From assembly GCA_021208885.1 (NCBI GenBank), contig JAJOJF010000036.1:13197-77196 (forward strand): a DNA stretch of 64,000 nucleotides, written 5' to 3'. Position numbers and translations under genes: made by a program. The notes beneath the pieces were generated by a model. The model searched no databases. It was not told the DNA's origin and worked only from the letters and a program-made list of their open reading frames with translations. This stretch comes from Burkholderiaceae bacterium. Lineage in GTDB: Bacteria; Pseudomonadota; Gammaproteobacteria; Burkholderiales; Burkholderiaceae_B. Positions within the stretch are counted from its first letter, which is position 1. Every line of letters starts with the position of its first letter. This document shows, in pieces, positions 41,442 through 51,065 of the stretch.

Positions 41442-43316
41442 TTATCTCACGCTAGGGGTTGTCGGCATGTGCTTATCGATCAATTCGGCGGCAATTGCAC
41501 CCCGCAAGGCATTGCATATAAGGACTGCTTGCGCTTGCTGAAGTTCCCGGCGCGTGATCGTTCGTTCGCTTGCGGCTAGTGCGGGGTCTTCCAACAGGAT
41601 GCCGCGCATAACGCCAGGCAAGACCCCTGCAGTCAGTGGTGGGGTGTACCAGCGGCCGTCAAGTTTAATAAACACGTTGGTGCGAGCGCCTTCGGTCAGC
41701 TCATCGCGCTCGTTAAAAAACAGCATGTCAAACGCGCCCTGTTGCTCGGCTTGTTGCCAAGCCGCATCGTAGAGCGCTCGATTCGAGGTTTTGTGGCGCA
41801 GATAAAGATCGCCAGAGTCCATGGTCTCGGGTGCTAGCAGAACCTTGACAGATGATGGCAACCGGTTAAGTGGTCCGGTTTTGATGGAAATGTGGCCATC
41901 GGCAGCAAGGTCCAGTCTGACCCTGTAGTCAGCGTCATCGGGTAATTCGTCGCACGTTGCTTGCAGCTTTTGTCTCGCGGCATGGGCATCAAACATGAAA
42001 TCGAGTGCATTGGCAGATGCTTGCAAGCGCGCGAGATGCCGATCAACATTGGCTATGCCATGTTGGCGGCTGGCGCGCATGGTTTCAAATAGCGTTAACG
42101 GGGTTGTCAGTCGGGTGAGAAAGCTTGCCTTGAGCATGCATTCGGCCCATTCGGTGGCGCTGTCACTGCCCCAGGTGATGCCTGCTCCCACCCCGAGCAT
42201 GCCAGAGTGTTTGCCTTGTTTGTCTGGCGCTGACAGGGTAAGCGTGCGAATCGGTACTGACAGACAAAAATTCCCTAACTGCCCCTTGCCTGCAGGCTCA
42301 ATCCAGCCAATGGCTCCGGTATATATCCCGCGCGCTGTCGGCTCAATGTCCCGAATAATTTGCATGGTGCTGTGTTTGGGGGCACCGGTGATTGATCCGC
42401 ATGGAAAAATCGCTTCGAGCAGGTCAACCCACGAGACATCAGCACGCAGTTGTGCACGCACAGTTGAGGTCATCTGCAAAACGTTGCCGTAACGCTTGAT
42501 TTCAAAGCGATCCGGCACACTAACACTCCCAGGTCGTGCCACTCGACCGAGGTCATTGCGCAGCAGGTCAACAATCATGACATTCTCTGCGCGGTTTTTG
42601 GGGTCATTGGCCAGATCTACCTTGCTGTCAACTGCCGCAGTGCCTTTCATGGGCTGCGACTCGATCCAGCTGTTTTGATGACGCACAAACAACTCGGGCG
42701 AGCGTGACAGCACCCAGCGGCCATCTGCCAGTCCGATTAATGCACCATAAGGCACAGCCTGATGTCTACGAAGCGCTCGGTAAAGCGCAACTGGACTCCC
42801 GTAAAGTGCCATGTGCATCGCAAAACACAAGTTGACCTGATAAGTCTCACCGTCGGCAATGCGTCGACGGATCTGATCCACTGCCCCCGCAAAACAGGCC
42901 TCATCAATACTGCTGCGCAAGCCCGTCAATGTGGCGGATGCCCCTGGGTCCTGGTTTTGTAGCCATTCATCGACTTCGGCGCCCGTCAGAAGCTTGACCG
43001 AATCGAACAAAAGGATTTGGCTGATGGGCTCGGGAGCCTGCTCGCGAGCAGGCAAACCCTGCATGGCCACCCCGAGCTCATAGTCAAGCAGCATGACCGC
43101 ATGAAGACCGCGGTCTAACCCGGCTTGCAACTCAGCTAGGGCGTCGGGCAGCCCATAGGGACTGTCGATCAACAGTTGTTCACGTAACCCTTGATAAAGC
43201 CGTGAGCGGCGCTCGTGCCCCACTGTGGTTTGGTCGTCAAGCAATACGGTGACGGGATAGTTGGTCGGCAGACTCGAATCCTTTTGGTTCACGGGGTACG
43301 AATTGGAGTTGGGCAT
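41442..43316 (-). CDS. Fused aminodeoxychorismate synthase component I + ADC lyase (PabB-PabC)
   Basis: YQVNL, SPELF, PMKGT, RAENVMIVDLLRND, FPCGSITGAPK; C-terminal class-IV PLP domain with HKT, EGARTNVF, LPGVMRG. Confidence 0.9.
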   Translation of the reverse strand: MPNSNSYPVNQKDSSLPTNYPVTVLLDDQTTVGHERRSRLYQGLREQLLIDSPYGLPDALAELQAGLDRGLHAVMLLDYELGVAMQGLPAREQAPEPISQILLFDSVKLLTGAEVDEWLQNQDPGASATLTGLRSSIDEACFAGAVDQIRRRIADGETYQVNLCFAMHMALYGSPVALYRALRRHQAVPYGALIGLADGRWVLSRSPELFVRHQNSWIESQPMKGTAAVDSKVDLANDPKNRAENVMIVDLLRNDLGRVARPGSVSVPDRFEIKRYGNVLQMTSTVRAQLRADVSWVDLLEAIFPCGSITGAPKHSTMQIIRDIEPTARGIYTGAIGWIEPAGKGQLGNFCLSVPIRTLTLSAPDKQGKHSGMLGVGAGITWGSDSATEWAECMLKASFLTRLTTPLTLFETMRASRQHGIANVDRHLARLQASANALDFMFDAHAARQKLQATCDELPDDADYRVRLDLAADGHISIKTGPLNRLPSSVKVLLAPETMDSGDLYLRHKTSNRALYDAAWQQAEQQGAFDMLFFNERDELTEGARTNVFIKLDGRWYTPPLTAGVLPGVMRGILLEDPALAASERTITRRELQQAQAVLICNALRGAIAAELIDKHMPTTPSVR

Positions 43317-43514
43317 TGTGTCTAACGGAGACTTCCAGCGTAATGGTTACGTAATGGGTTTTGATCTGCAGTCGCTAACGTTGGCGAATCACCAGATTCA
43401 GCGCCATACCGACAAACCAAACCAAATGCATTAGCGCCATTGATGTGTGTTTGCGGCCAACCTAACCGACATGGCCTGTTTCGTGTGGCTGACCGATAGG
43501 TGTTTTCAAAGTAA

Positions 43515-43588
43515 AAATCCTCAAGAACGTAAGGATTTGACTGGAAATTAACTCAATTCGATTCAAATCCTTATGATCGTCAGGATTT
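43515..43588. promoter_or_regulatory. Two palindromes AAATCCT-N10-AGGATTT (43515-43538, 43565-43588)
   Basis: Identical 7-bp arms and spacing, 50-bp period; together they also form a larger inverted repeat. Confidence 0.65.
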
Positions 43589-43693
43589 TCGCACACCAGA
43601 GCTTCTGAGTGCCACGGCTTACCTTATATGCCTGTCACTGCCTAGCATTAAACTGATCACTTCAATTTAATTCGCTCAGCCCGATTGCCTCTA

Positions 43694-44668
43694 ATGCCTG
43701 ATACCAACTCCCCAACCGGTCTAATGCCCCCCTGGCAGGACTTGCTCGGGCGCCTTGAGCAACAACAGTGGCCCAAACCCGCGCTTTTTGTGGTGGCCAC
43801 GCCAATCGGCAACTTAACCGATCTGAGTCTTAGAGCCTGGTACGCCTTAAGACTTGCCGATGTCATTGCCGCAGAGGACACGCGTACCAGCCAGGCATTG
43901 TTGCAGGCATGGCATGTCGATACACCGTTAATGGCGGCACACCGGCACAACGAACGAGCAGCCACGGCGGCTATCTTGCAGCGGCTAGAAGCAGGTGAAC
44001 GGGTGGCACTGATTTCTGATGCTGGCGCACCGGGCGTCAGCGACCCGGGCGGTCAGCTTGTACAAGACGTGCGCGAGGCTGGCTTTGATGTCGTTGCCAT
44101 TCCGGGTGCTAGCGCCTTGGTCACTGCATTGATGGCCACAGGCGTGGCGACTGACGCGCAACCAACCTTTGCTTTTTTGGGGTTTTTGCCACCCAAGCAA
44201 GCGGCTCGAGAGCGCTCGCTCAAGCGTTGGCTAGGCGCAGACACAGCAGTGGTGATGTACGAGGCACCGCATCGAATCGCAGACCTTTTGCGTGACTTGT
44301 GCCAGGTGTTTGGTCCGGTCAGACGAGTGAGCTTGGCGCGAGAGCTCACCAAGCGGTTCGAGGAAACGGTGACATTGGATTTGGGTCATGCCTCAGCGTG
44401 GATAGCGGCAGACAGGTATCGCGAACAGGGTGAATACGTGGTGATTTTGCATGCGCCTGAATCGAGGGTAACCATCGATCAGGATGAAGACCAAGCGCTT
44501 TGGCAAAGCGCCGAGCGGCAGGCGTGGATGGCAGCTTTGTTGTCGGTTTTGTCTACCCGAGATGCTGCCAAAGTCATGGCTAAGGCGTTAGGCGCGCCCA
44601 AAGACGTCTGCTATGCCCAGCTGCTGGCGTACTCAGGGGCGCGAGATGCTGGGCTGAACACCAAGTGA
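43694..44668 (+). CDS. rsmI: 16S rRNA C1402 2'-O-methyltransferase
   Basis: VATPIGNL, AEDTR, SDAGAPGVSDPG, YEAPHR, ARELTKRFE. Confidence 0.95.
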   Translation: MPDTNSPTGLMPPWQDLLGRLEQQQWPKPALFVVATPIGNLTDLSLRAWYALRLADVIAAEDTRTSQALLQAWHVDTPLMAAHRHNERAATAAILQRLEAGERVALISDAGAPGVSDPGGQLVQDVREAGFDVVAIPGASALVTALMATGVATDAQPTFAFLGFLPPKQAARERSLKRWLGADTAVVMYEAPHRIADLLRDLCQVFGPVRRVSLARELTKRFEETVTLDLGHASAWIAADRYREQGEYVVILHAPESRVTIDQDEDQALWQSAERQAWMAALLSVLSTRDAAKVMAKALGAPKDVCYAQLLAYSGARDAGLNTK

Positions 44669-45535
44669 TTGTGCCACTGCTTCCATCGAGCTCAAAGCTT
44701 GATCGCGATTGGCAAACGGCCCAATTCTGACTCGGTAAAGTGCGTTCGAGGTACTGTCGACTTCGATGGGAAGGTTGCCTGGCATGCTGGCTGCCGCCCG
44801 AGCTGCGAGCGCGCGAGCGTTGGCTTCGCTGCTAAAGGCACCAATCTGCAGAAACACGGGCTCGTTGGCTGCAGCCGTTGATGTCACGGCTGCTGCTTGC
44901 GTGGCTACAGGCGTTGGCGTGACGACCGCCGGTGCAGTACTGGCAAATGATTCGTTTGACCATGTGCCAGCGCGAATCTGTTCGGGTGTGATCCGTTCCA
45001 CAACAACCTCCGCGCTGCCTGGCCCGACCATGCCAAGCCGATGGGCGGCAGCATAGGACAGGTCAATGACGCGGTTGTGCAGGAATGGCCCGCGGTCATT
45101 GACCCGGACAATAACACTCTGGCCGGTGGAGACGCTTGTTACACGAACGTAGCTAGGAATCGGCAACGTGGTGTGGGCTGCGGTCATGGCAAACATATCG
45201 TATGTCTCGCCATTTGATGTTTTGCGGCCATGAAACTTGCGACCGTACCAAGAGGCGATTCCGCGCTTTCGATAAGGGCGATCGGTCGTGTCTGGTACAT
45301 AACGCTTGCCCATGACGGTGTACGGACGATTCGGGCCGCGGGCCAATGGTTCGATACGCGGTACGGCGTCTGGTATGTTGTCTATATCGGCGGGCACTTG
45401 GGCTGGTGGTCCGTCGTCTTTGTAGTAGCCGCCACTGGAGCTTAGCCAGCCGCCACCTGATCCTCCGCCAGACGAACAAGCCGTCAGCACCGTGGCTACC
45501 GCTATAAGGCTGGCGCGAAACACAATTCGTTTCAT
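44633..45535 (-). CDS. rlpA: Septal ring lytic transglycosylase RlpA (lipoprotein, SPOR domain)
   Basis: Lipobox LTAC, GIASWYG, TAAHTTLP, VNDRGPF, LQIGAF. Confidence 0.95.
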   Translation of the reverse strand: MKRIVFRASLIAVATVLTACSSGGGSGGGWLSSSGGYYKDDGPPAQVPADIDNIPDAVPRIEPLARGPNRPYTVMGKRYVPDTTDRPYRKRGIASWYGRKFHGRKTSNGETYDMFAMTAAHTTLPIPSYVRVTSVSTGQSVIVRVNDRGPFLHNRVIDLSYAAAHRLGMVGPGSAEVVVERITPEQIRAGTWSNESFASTAPAVVTPTPVATQAAAVTSTAAANEPVFLQIGAFSSEANARALAARAAASMPGNLPIEVDSTSNALYRVRIGPFANRDQALSSMEAVAQSLGVQPSISRP

Positions 45536-46443
45536 GCCGGCTTGCCCCCGCCTGTTTCACGTAGTTCACTGAACTGTGCCTGGTGGCGGTGGCGCTTCAG
45601 GAGTCCCGCAACGTCTTTAAAACGACTGGCCAAGGCTTCTACGACGTATACCGATCGGTGTTGTCCACCGGTGCATCCAATGGCAATTGTGAGGTAGTTG
45701 CGGGTGTCCGCGGTATAGCGTGGCAACCACTTGCGAACGAATGCTTCGATGTCATCAACCATCTCGTCGACTTCAGGGTAGCTATCTAGCCAGGCAACCA
45801 CTGGTTGATCTAGCCCCGTGAGTGGCTTTAATGCCGGATCGTAGTGCGGATTTGGCAGGCAGCGCACATCGAACACCAAATCGGCGTCACGTGGTGCACC
45901 TTGCTTATAGGCAAACGATTCGAGCGTCATGATGAGTCCAGGGCGGTCGGCTTTGATCAAGTCACGCATCCAATCACGCAATTGCACCGGTTTTAGGCCT
46001 GAGGTGTCAATCACATGTTCTCGGTTGCGCAAACGATCAAGCAACTCGCGCTCGTGGCTGATGCAAGCTTGCAATGACACAGGTTGGTCATTACCCACCA
46101 TGCGGTCAGCCAGCGGATGACGGCGTCGTGACTCGGAGTACCGCTGAACCAAGGTAGCATCGTCGGCATCGAGAAACACCACTCTAATTAGTGTTCCTTT
46201 GCTCCGAAGGCTATCAAGAATATCGGGCAATTCACGCAAGTCCCCTTGAGAACGGGCGTCAATCGCCACAGCAAGTCTTCGATTGTGTCCGCGCAGGGCG
46301 TTGTCGATCAAGTCTTGCAGCAAAGGCACAGGTAAATTGTCTACACAGGCATAGCCCGCGTCTTCGAGCCATTTGAGCGCCACAGACTTACCCGAACCGG
46401 ACATGCCGGTGATCAAGACCACGCTTTGCAGGCCGTTAGCCAT
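45532..46443 (-). CDS. rapZ: RNase adapter RapZ
   Basis: TGMSGSGKS, VDNLP, RRRHPL, DVRCLPNP, GCTGGQHRSV. Confidence 0.95.
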   Translation of the reverse strand: MANGLQSVVLITGMSGSGKSVALKWLEDAGYACVDNLPVPLLQDLIDNALRGHNRRLAVAIDARSQGDLRELPDILDSLRSKGTLIRVVFLDADDATLVQRYSESRRRHPLADRMVGNDQPVSLQACISHERELLDRLRNREHVIDTSGLKPVQLRDWMRDLIKADRPGLIMTLESFAYKQGAPRDADLVFDVRCLPNPHYDPALKPLTGLDQPVVAWLDSYPEVDEMVDDIEAFVRKWLPRYTADTRNYLTIAIGCTGGQHRSVYVVEALASRFKDVAGLLKRHRHQAQFSELRETGGGKPA

Positions 46444-47368
46444 GCTGGCTGTCCTGGGCGATCGCCTGGGCCTGTTTTTCCATGAACTCTTGCAGCGTGT
46501 CGATGCCACGAAGTTTCAGGATGGTGTTGCGAACAGCGGCCTCCACCAATACCGCGAGGTTACGGCCGGCCGCCACTTGCAGTGTTACCTTAGAAATAGG
46601 TTCACCCAAGATCTCCTGGGTAGTCTCTTGTAGTGGCAGACGCTCGAACTTTTCCTGGGCAGAGGCTCGCACTAGATGCACGATAAGCTTGAGCTTCATT
46701 TTGCGGCGCACGGATGTTTCGCCAAATATCGTGCGGATGTTCAGTAGCCCCAGACCGCGTACTTCGAGCATGTTTTGTAGCAAGGCCGGGCAGTGACCAT
46801 CAATGACATGCGGTGCGGTCCGAGACAGTTCAACTGCATCATCAGCTACCAGTCCATGGCCACGCGAAACTAGCTCGAGTGCCAACTCGCTTTTACCAAG
46901 CCCAGACTCACCTGTGATGAGTACGCCCAAGCCCAGCACATCCATCAGTACACCATGAACGGTGATTTTTGGGGCGAAGCGTTTGGACAGGTAGATACGG
47001 AGGCGGTCTATGGTCTCAGCCGCCGAGACTCCAGTTCGCAATAAGGGCACGCTAGTTCGTTCACAAACCTCAACCAAGTCCTCCGGGGTTTCAAGACCGT
47101 GAGCCAGAATGATGGCAGGCACGCCACCGCTGGCTAGCTCCTCGATATGGTGAATGCGCCGCTTGGGATCAAAGCGCTTGTAGTAGGCCAGTTCTTCGTG
47201 GCCGAACACCTGAATGCGGGCCGGGTGGATGAGATTTAAGTGGCCAATGAGGTCGGCTGCCGCGCGACCGTCATCTGGCAATGGCCTAGCGTTGCCAGCG
47301 TGACCAGCAAGCCATTCGAAGGCTACGTCGTCGGTGTTGTCATCGACCAATTCCCTGACCACTAGCAT
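46436..47368 (-). CDS. hprK: HPr kinase/phosphorylase
   Basis: VHGVL, GESGLGKSE, LVADD, LEVRGLG, GRNLAVL. Confidence 0.96.
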   Translation of the reverse strand: MLVVRELVDDNTDDVAFEWLAGHAGNARPLPDDGRAAADLIGHLNLIHPARIQVFGHEELAYYKRFDPKRRIHHIEELASGGVPAIILAHGLETPEDLVEVCERTSVPLLRTGVSAAETIDRLRIYLSKRFAPKITVHGVLMDVLGLGVLITGESGLGKSELALELVSRGHGLVADDAVELSRTAPHVIDGHCPALLQNMLEVRGLGLLNIRTIFGETSVRRKMKLKLIVHLVRASAQEKFERLPLQETTQEILGEPISKVTLQVAAGRNLAVLVEAAVRNTILKLRGIDTLQEFMEKQAQAIAQDSQHG

Positions 47369-47415
47369 TGAGTCACCTCAGGCTTGCATTGCGCATGCGT
47401 TTGCTAAAAGCCGGA

Positions 47416-47883
47416 TCAGGTTGCTGCTGATGTGCTCCTGGCAGTCAGCAACTCATGCACACGCGAGACATCTGTTTCGGATCTAAGGGACTGCACAACG
47501 GATTCATCAGACAGTCGTTGTGCAACCTCCGCCAAGATATCGAGATGCTGCTGCGTGGCCTCTTCCGGCACCACGATGACCAACAGTATATCGACTGGTT
47601 GGCCGTCAGGGGCATCAAATGCAACCGGGTTGGCTAGCCGAACAAAGGCTGCCCATGGTCTGTCGATGCTTTTGATGCGGCCGTGAGGGACTGCCACACC
47701 GTGCCCAAGCCCTGTGGAACCCAAGCGCTCACGCGCGAACAAGTTGTCGAACACATTCGCGCGTTCAAGCCCTTGATTGTTTTCGAACATCAGGGCGACT
47801 TGTTCGAGTGCCCGCTTTTTGCTGGTCACAGCAACGTCTAGTAAAACGTTCTCGGGCGGCAAGATTTGAGAAAGTAGCTTCAT
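47416..47883 (-). CDS. ptsN: PTS EIIA(Ntr)
   Basis: RERLGSTGLGHGVAVPHGR, DAPDGQPV. Confidence 0.94.
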   Translation of the reverse strand: MKLLSQILPPENVLLDVAVTSKKRALEQVALMFENNQGLERANVFDNLFARERLGSTGLGHGVAVPHGRIKSIDRPWAAFVRLANPVAFDAPDGQPVDILLVIVVPEEATQQHLDILAEVAQRLSDESVVQSLRSETDVSRVHELLTARSTSAAT

Positions 47884-47986
47884 GACCGGAATTATAGGAG
47901 GTTTTGTCGCGCTGCAATATCAAACACAACAAAATCCTCCTTAGCTAATATTTAGCTACAGATAACAGATTCTAGAAGAAGTTAAT

Positions 47987-48313
47987 CTAATTTTCTTCGA
48001 CAATCTGTCGCTTGGCGGAAGTGTGTGCGTGATCCTGGGTTTTTTTCTTGTGCTCAACGACTTGACGATCCACTTTGTCAATTAGCAAGTCAATGGCAGC
48101 ATAAAGGTTCTCCTGGGCAGCCTCGCAATGAATATCTTTGCCTCGCACATGCACCGTCATCTCGGCGCGATGCTTCAAGGGCTCGACAGACAGCATGACT
48201 TTGGTGTCAATCACATGGTCAAAATGACGCGTGACCCGCTCGAGCTTGGTAGAAATATAGTCGCGAATTGCGGGTGTCACTTCGAGGTGATGTCCGGTGA
48301 TTTGAACGTTCAT
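47987..48313 (-). CDS. hpf: Ribosome hibernation promoting factor (HPF/RaiA)
   Basis: MNVQITGHHLEVTPAIR, NLYAAID; SD GAGGAG before ATG 48313. Confidence 0.94.
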   Translation of the reverse strand: MNVQITGHHLEVTPAIRDYISTKLERVTRHFDHVIDTKVMLSVEPLKHRAEMTVHVRGKDIHCEAAQENLYAAIDLLIDKVDRQVVEHKKKTQDHAHTSAKRQIVEEN

Positions 48314-48373
48314 GCTGTTTCTCCTCAAACAACGCTACAGGATCGATTGCCGATGCGGCAACCCCGTGACTTC

Positions 48374-48401
48374 AGTGTAATAGGTTGTTCACGGAAATCA
48401 A
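48374..48401 (-). promoter_or_regulatory. Putative sigma70 promoter for hpf
   Basis: Minus strand TTGATT-16 nt-TACACT about 60 bp upstream of hpf. Confidence 0.45.
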
Positions 48402-48428
48402 GCTGAACTGATAGACAGTTACAGCCAG

Positions 48429-49205
48429 TTACATCTTGAAATGTTCGCCTAGGTAAACACGTCGTACTGCCGGGTCATCGATGATTTTTTCTGGGTCACC
48501 GCTTGTGAGCACTGCGCCTTCACTGATGATATAGGCGCGGTCACAAATGCCCAGTGTTTCGCGTACGTTGTGATCGGTGATCAACACACCAATCCCGCGG
48601 CTTTTTAGAAACCGCACAATGCGTTGAATCTCGATCACAGCGATTGGATCAACACCGGCAAATGGTTCATCTAGTAGCACAAACCGAGGGTTGGTGGCTA
48701 GCGCCCTGGCAATTTCAACTCGCCGTCGTTCGCCGCCGGAGAGCGACAGGGCACCATTTTTACGCAGATGACCAATCTGAAGCTCATCAAGCAAGGTCTC
48801 TAGGCGTTGATTGACCTCGGTTTTGCTTGTGCGTTTGCCGTTGCCGTCGACCTGCAGTTCAAGCACAGCCCGGATATTCTGCTCGACGGTCAGTCGTCGA
48901 AACACTGAGGCGTCCTGGGGCAGGTAAGACAGCCCTCGACGTGCGCGTTGATGGATCGGCATGGCGGTAATTGAGGCCCCATCAATTTCAATGCGTCCGG
49001 CATCAGCTTGAATCAGCCCCACGATCATGTAGAAGCTCGTCGTCTTGCCGGCTCCGTTGGGCCCAAGCAGCCCTACAACCTCGCCACCGTCCACGTGCAG
49101 ACTGACGTCTTGCACGACCATGCGACCGCTGTATGACTTGCGTAAACCAGTGGCGCTCAGGCGGCCGGCGTTTACAAATTCCGAAGAGTTACTGCTTGGC
49201 GACAT
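48429..49205 (-). CDS. lptB: LPS export ABC ATPase
   Basis: [46 protein letters not shown]. Confidence 0.97.
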   Translation of the reverse strand: MSPSSNSSEFVNAGRLSATGLRKSYSGRMVVQDVSLHVDGGEVVGLLGPNGAGKTTSFYMIVGLIQADAGRIEIDGASITAMPIHQRARRGLSYLPQDASVFRRLTVEQNIRAVLELQVDGNGKRTSKTEVNQRLETLLDELQIGHLRKNGALSLSGGERRRVEIARALATNPRFVLLDEPFAGVDPIAVIEIQRIVRFLKSRGIGVLITDHNVRETLGICDRAYIISEGAVLTSGDPEKIIDDPAVRRVYLGEHFKM

Positions 49206-49218
49206 GGCGTTTGGTCAT

Positions 49219-49857
49219 TCAGGGTTTGGGGGCGGGGGGCACCGGGATCTCAGCACCACTGGCTTGTAGCTGTCTACAGGCCTCGATCGCTGCATCGATT
49301 TTGGCGCGCGGCTGGGCGATTGATCGAACACGACCATCGGGGTTATCCGAATTTGGACCAGAAAACGCCTGGTAACGGTCTGTCTTCTGGAAATACCGCA
49401 CTCGCTCACCCGATACCGAATCGAATGGCTTGCCGCATATATAACGGGTTAACCGGGCTTTACCGATCAGATCGAAGGTCTCCGCCTTGCCGTCGTACTC
49501 GGCTCGCTCTCCGATACCCTCAAGCACTTCGAAGTTTTCCGGTCGATCTTGACGGATGTAGACGCGTTTGCCTTCATTCACGGTGGCTGTGCCATATTGG
49601 TAGCCTTCTGCGTCCTCCGTCAGGCGCAATTCATCAGACAACAGCTTGAGCAAGCCGCGGGTCATGATCACGTCGCCGATAAATATGCTGGTTTTAGTAT
49701 TCTCGTCATACGTGAGTTCATTTGACAAGATTTGCGTGGCTGGCTCCTCTTGGCCTTCATTGCTGGCAGCTAGCAGCAAGCTCTGGGTCCAACCGGCTGT
49801 GGGCTGTGCTAGTGCGAGGGTTACTAAAAGGGTGCCTAACAGACGAATCGTTCTCAA
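49219..49857 (-). CDS. lptA: LPS transport periplasmic protein
   Basis: Signal peptide, OstA-like repeats (FIGDVIMTRG), position between lptC and lptB. Confidence 0.85.
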   Translation of the reverse strand: MRTIRLLGTLLVTLALAQPTAGWTQSLLLAASNEGQEEPATQILSNELTYDENTKTSIFIGDVIMTRGLLKLLSDELRLTEDAEGYQYGTATVNEGKRVYIRQDRPENFEVLEGIGERAEYDGKAETFDLIGKARLTRYICGKPFDSVSGERVRYFQKTDRYQAFSGPNSDNPDGRVRSIAQPRAKIDAAIEACRQLQASGAEIPVPPAPKP

Positions 49858-50465
49858 GGTTGGGTCTCCGTAGCTGGCGGTTGCTCTTGCCTGGCGCGTG
49901 GGGCAATTTCCACATCAGTTGAGTCCAGGACTTTGAGCTCGCCGGTCTTATTGTCGTATCGCATGCCAATGCCCTTTAGTGTGGATCGGTTGCGTACCGC
50001 TATTGCCGGCAAGTCAGTGTAGGCGACATCCTCGTCCATCAGCAGCGTGATTTCTTCACTGCTAACATTCATGGGGTCTGTCGTTTCGCTGGCCAAGCGT
50101 ATAACTACAGCGTCCTTCTTCATGACAACCCGGTTGCCATCGTCAAGCACTGTGGCCATCCGGGATGTTCCAACCAGTGTTGGCTGGTCAGGCTTGATGC
50201 TGATGGCGCGCGGTGAGACGATGTCATAGGAGTCATCGTCAGGGAAATGTTCCATGTAGTCGCCTTCGATGCGGCTAATCGGCAGACCTGTTTCATTGGT
50301 ACGCAGCATGATCATCGTCTTGCCCCAGCTGTCTGGCTCATGGGTTTGTTTAGCTGCGGCGTCAAGTTGCACGGCACGCTGAGCGTATTCGGCAGCAAAC
50401 CAGGTTCCGATGACCAGGCCAACCAGAATTACGATAGAAGCGATTGTCGGAAACCGATCTTTCAT
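49854..50465 (-). CDS. lptC: LPS export protein LptC
   Basis: N-terminal TM, HEPD, HFPDDDS, GIGMRYDN; synteny. Confidence 0.87.
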   Translation of the reverse strand: MKDRFPTIASIVILVGLVIGTWFAAEYAQRAVQLDAAAKQTHEPDSWGKTMIMLRTNETGLPISRIEGDYMEHFPDDDSYDIVSPRAISIKPDQPTLVGTSRMATVLDDGNRVVMKKDAVVIRLASETTDPMNVSSEEITLLMDEDVAYTDLPAIAVRNRSTLKGIGMRYDNKTGELKVLDSTDVEIAPRARQEQPPATETQP

Positions 50466-50471
50466 AGCATT

Positions 50472-51065
50472 CTACTGAATCACACCTGCGCCAACCGAGC
50501 TGCCAAGCAAGAACGGAGCGAGCTTGCGTTGGGCCGCCAAAATGACGTCACAACATTCGCGCACAGCGCCCTGGCCACCTGATCGGTTCGTGGTCCAGTG
50601 CGCGCTTTGCGACATGTAAGCAGGCGCGTTTGGCACTGTCACTGCCAGGCCAGCTTGCTGCATGGCAGGCAGATCGATGACATCATCACCCATATAGCCC
50701 ACCGCTTCTTTCGATACGCCGAACTCTTGCGCCAGTTCGCTAAGAGCTTGCGCTTTGTCGCGCACACCTTGACGCACATGCCCAATACCAAGCTCAGCAC
50801 AACGCCACGCGACGATTGGGCCGTCACGCGCGGTGATGATTGCCACACCCACACCGCTGGCATCGAGCATCTTAAGGCCATGACCATCGAGTACATGAAA
50901 GTGTTTAAGTGCCTCACCTTGCTCGCCGTACCAAAGCCCACCGTCGGTCAGAACACCATCGACGTCAAATATCATCAGCCGAATTTGAGCCGCCCGTTCG
51001 ACCACGGTCTCGGGCAGCTTGGCTAGCACGAGGGCTTCGGCAGGATGGACGGGTAGAGGCTTCAT
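50472..51065 (-). CDS. kdsC: KDO 8-phosphate phosphatase
   Basis: FDVDGVLTDG, DGHG, MGDDVIDLP, GGQGAVRE. Confidence 0.95.
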   Translation of the reverse strand: MKPLPVHPAEALVLAKLPETVVERAAQIRLMIFDVDGVLTDGGLWYGEQGEALKHFHVLDGHGLKMLDASGVGVAIITARDGPIVAWRCAELGIGHVRQGVRDKAQALSELAQEFGVSKEAVGYMGDDVIDLPAMQQAGLAVTVPNAPAYMSQSAHWTTNRSGGQGAVRECCDVILAAQRKLAPFLLGSSVGAGVIQ

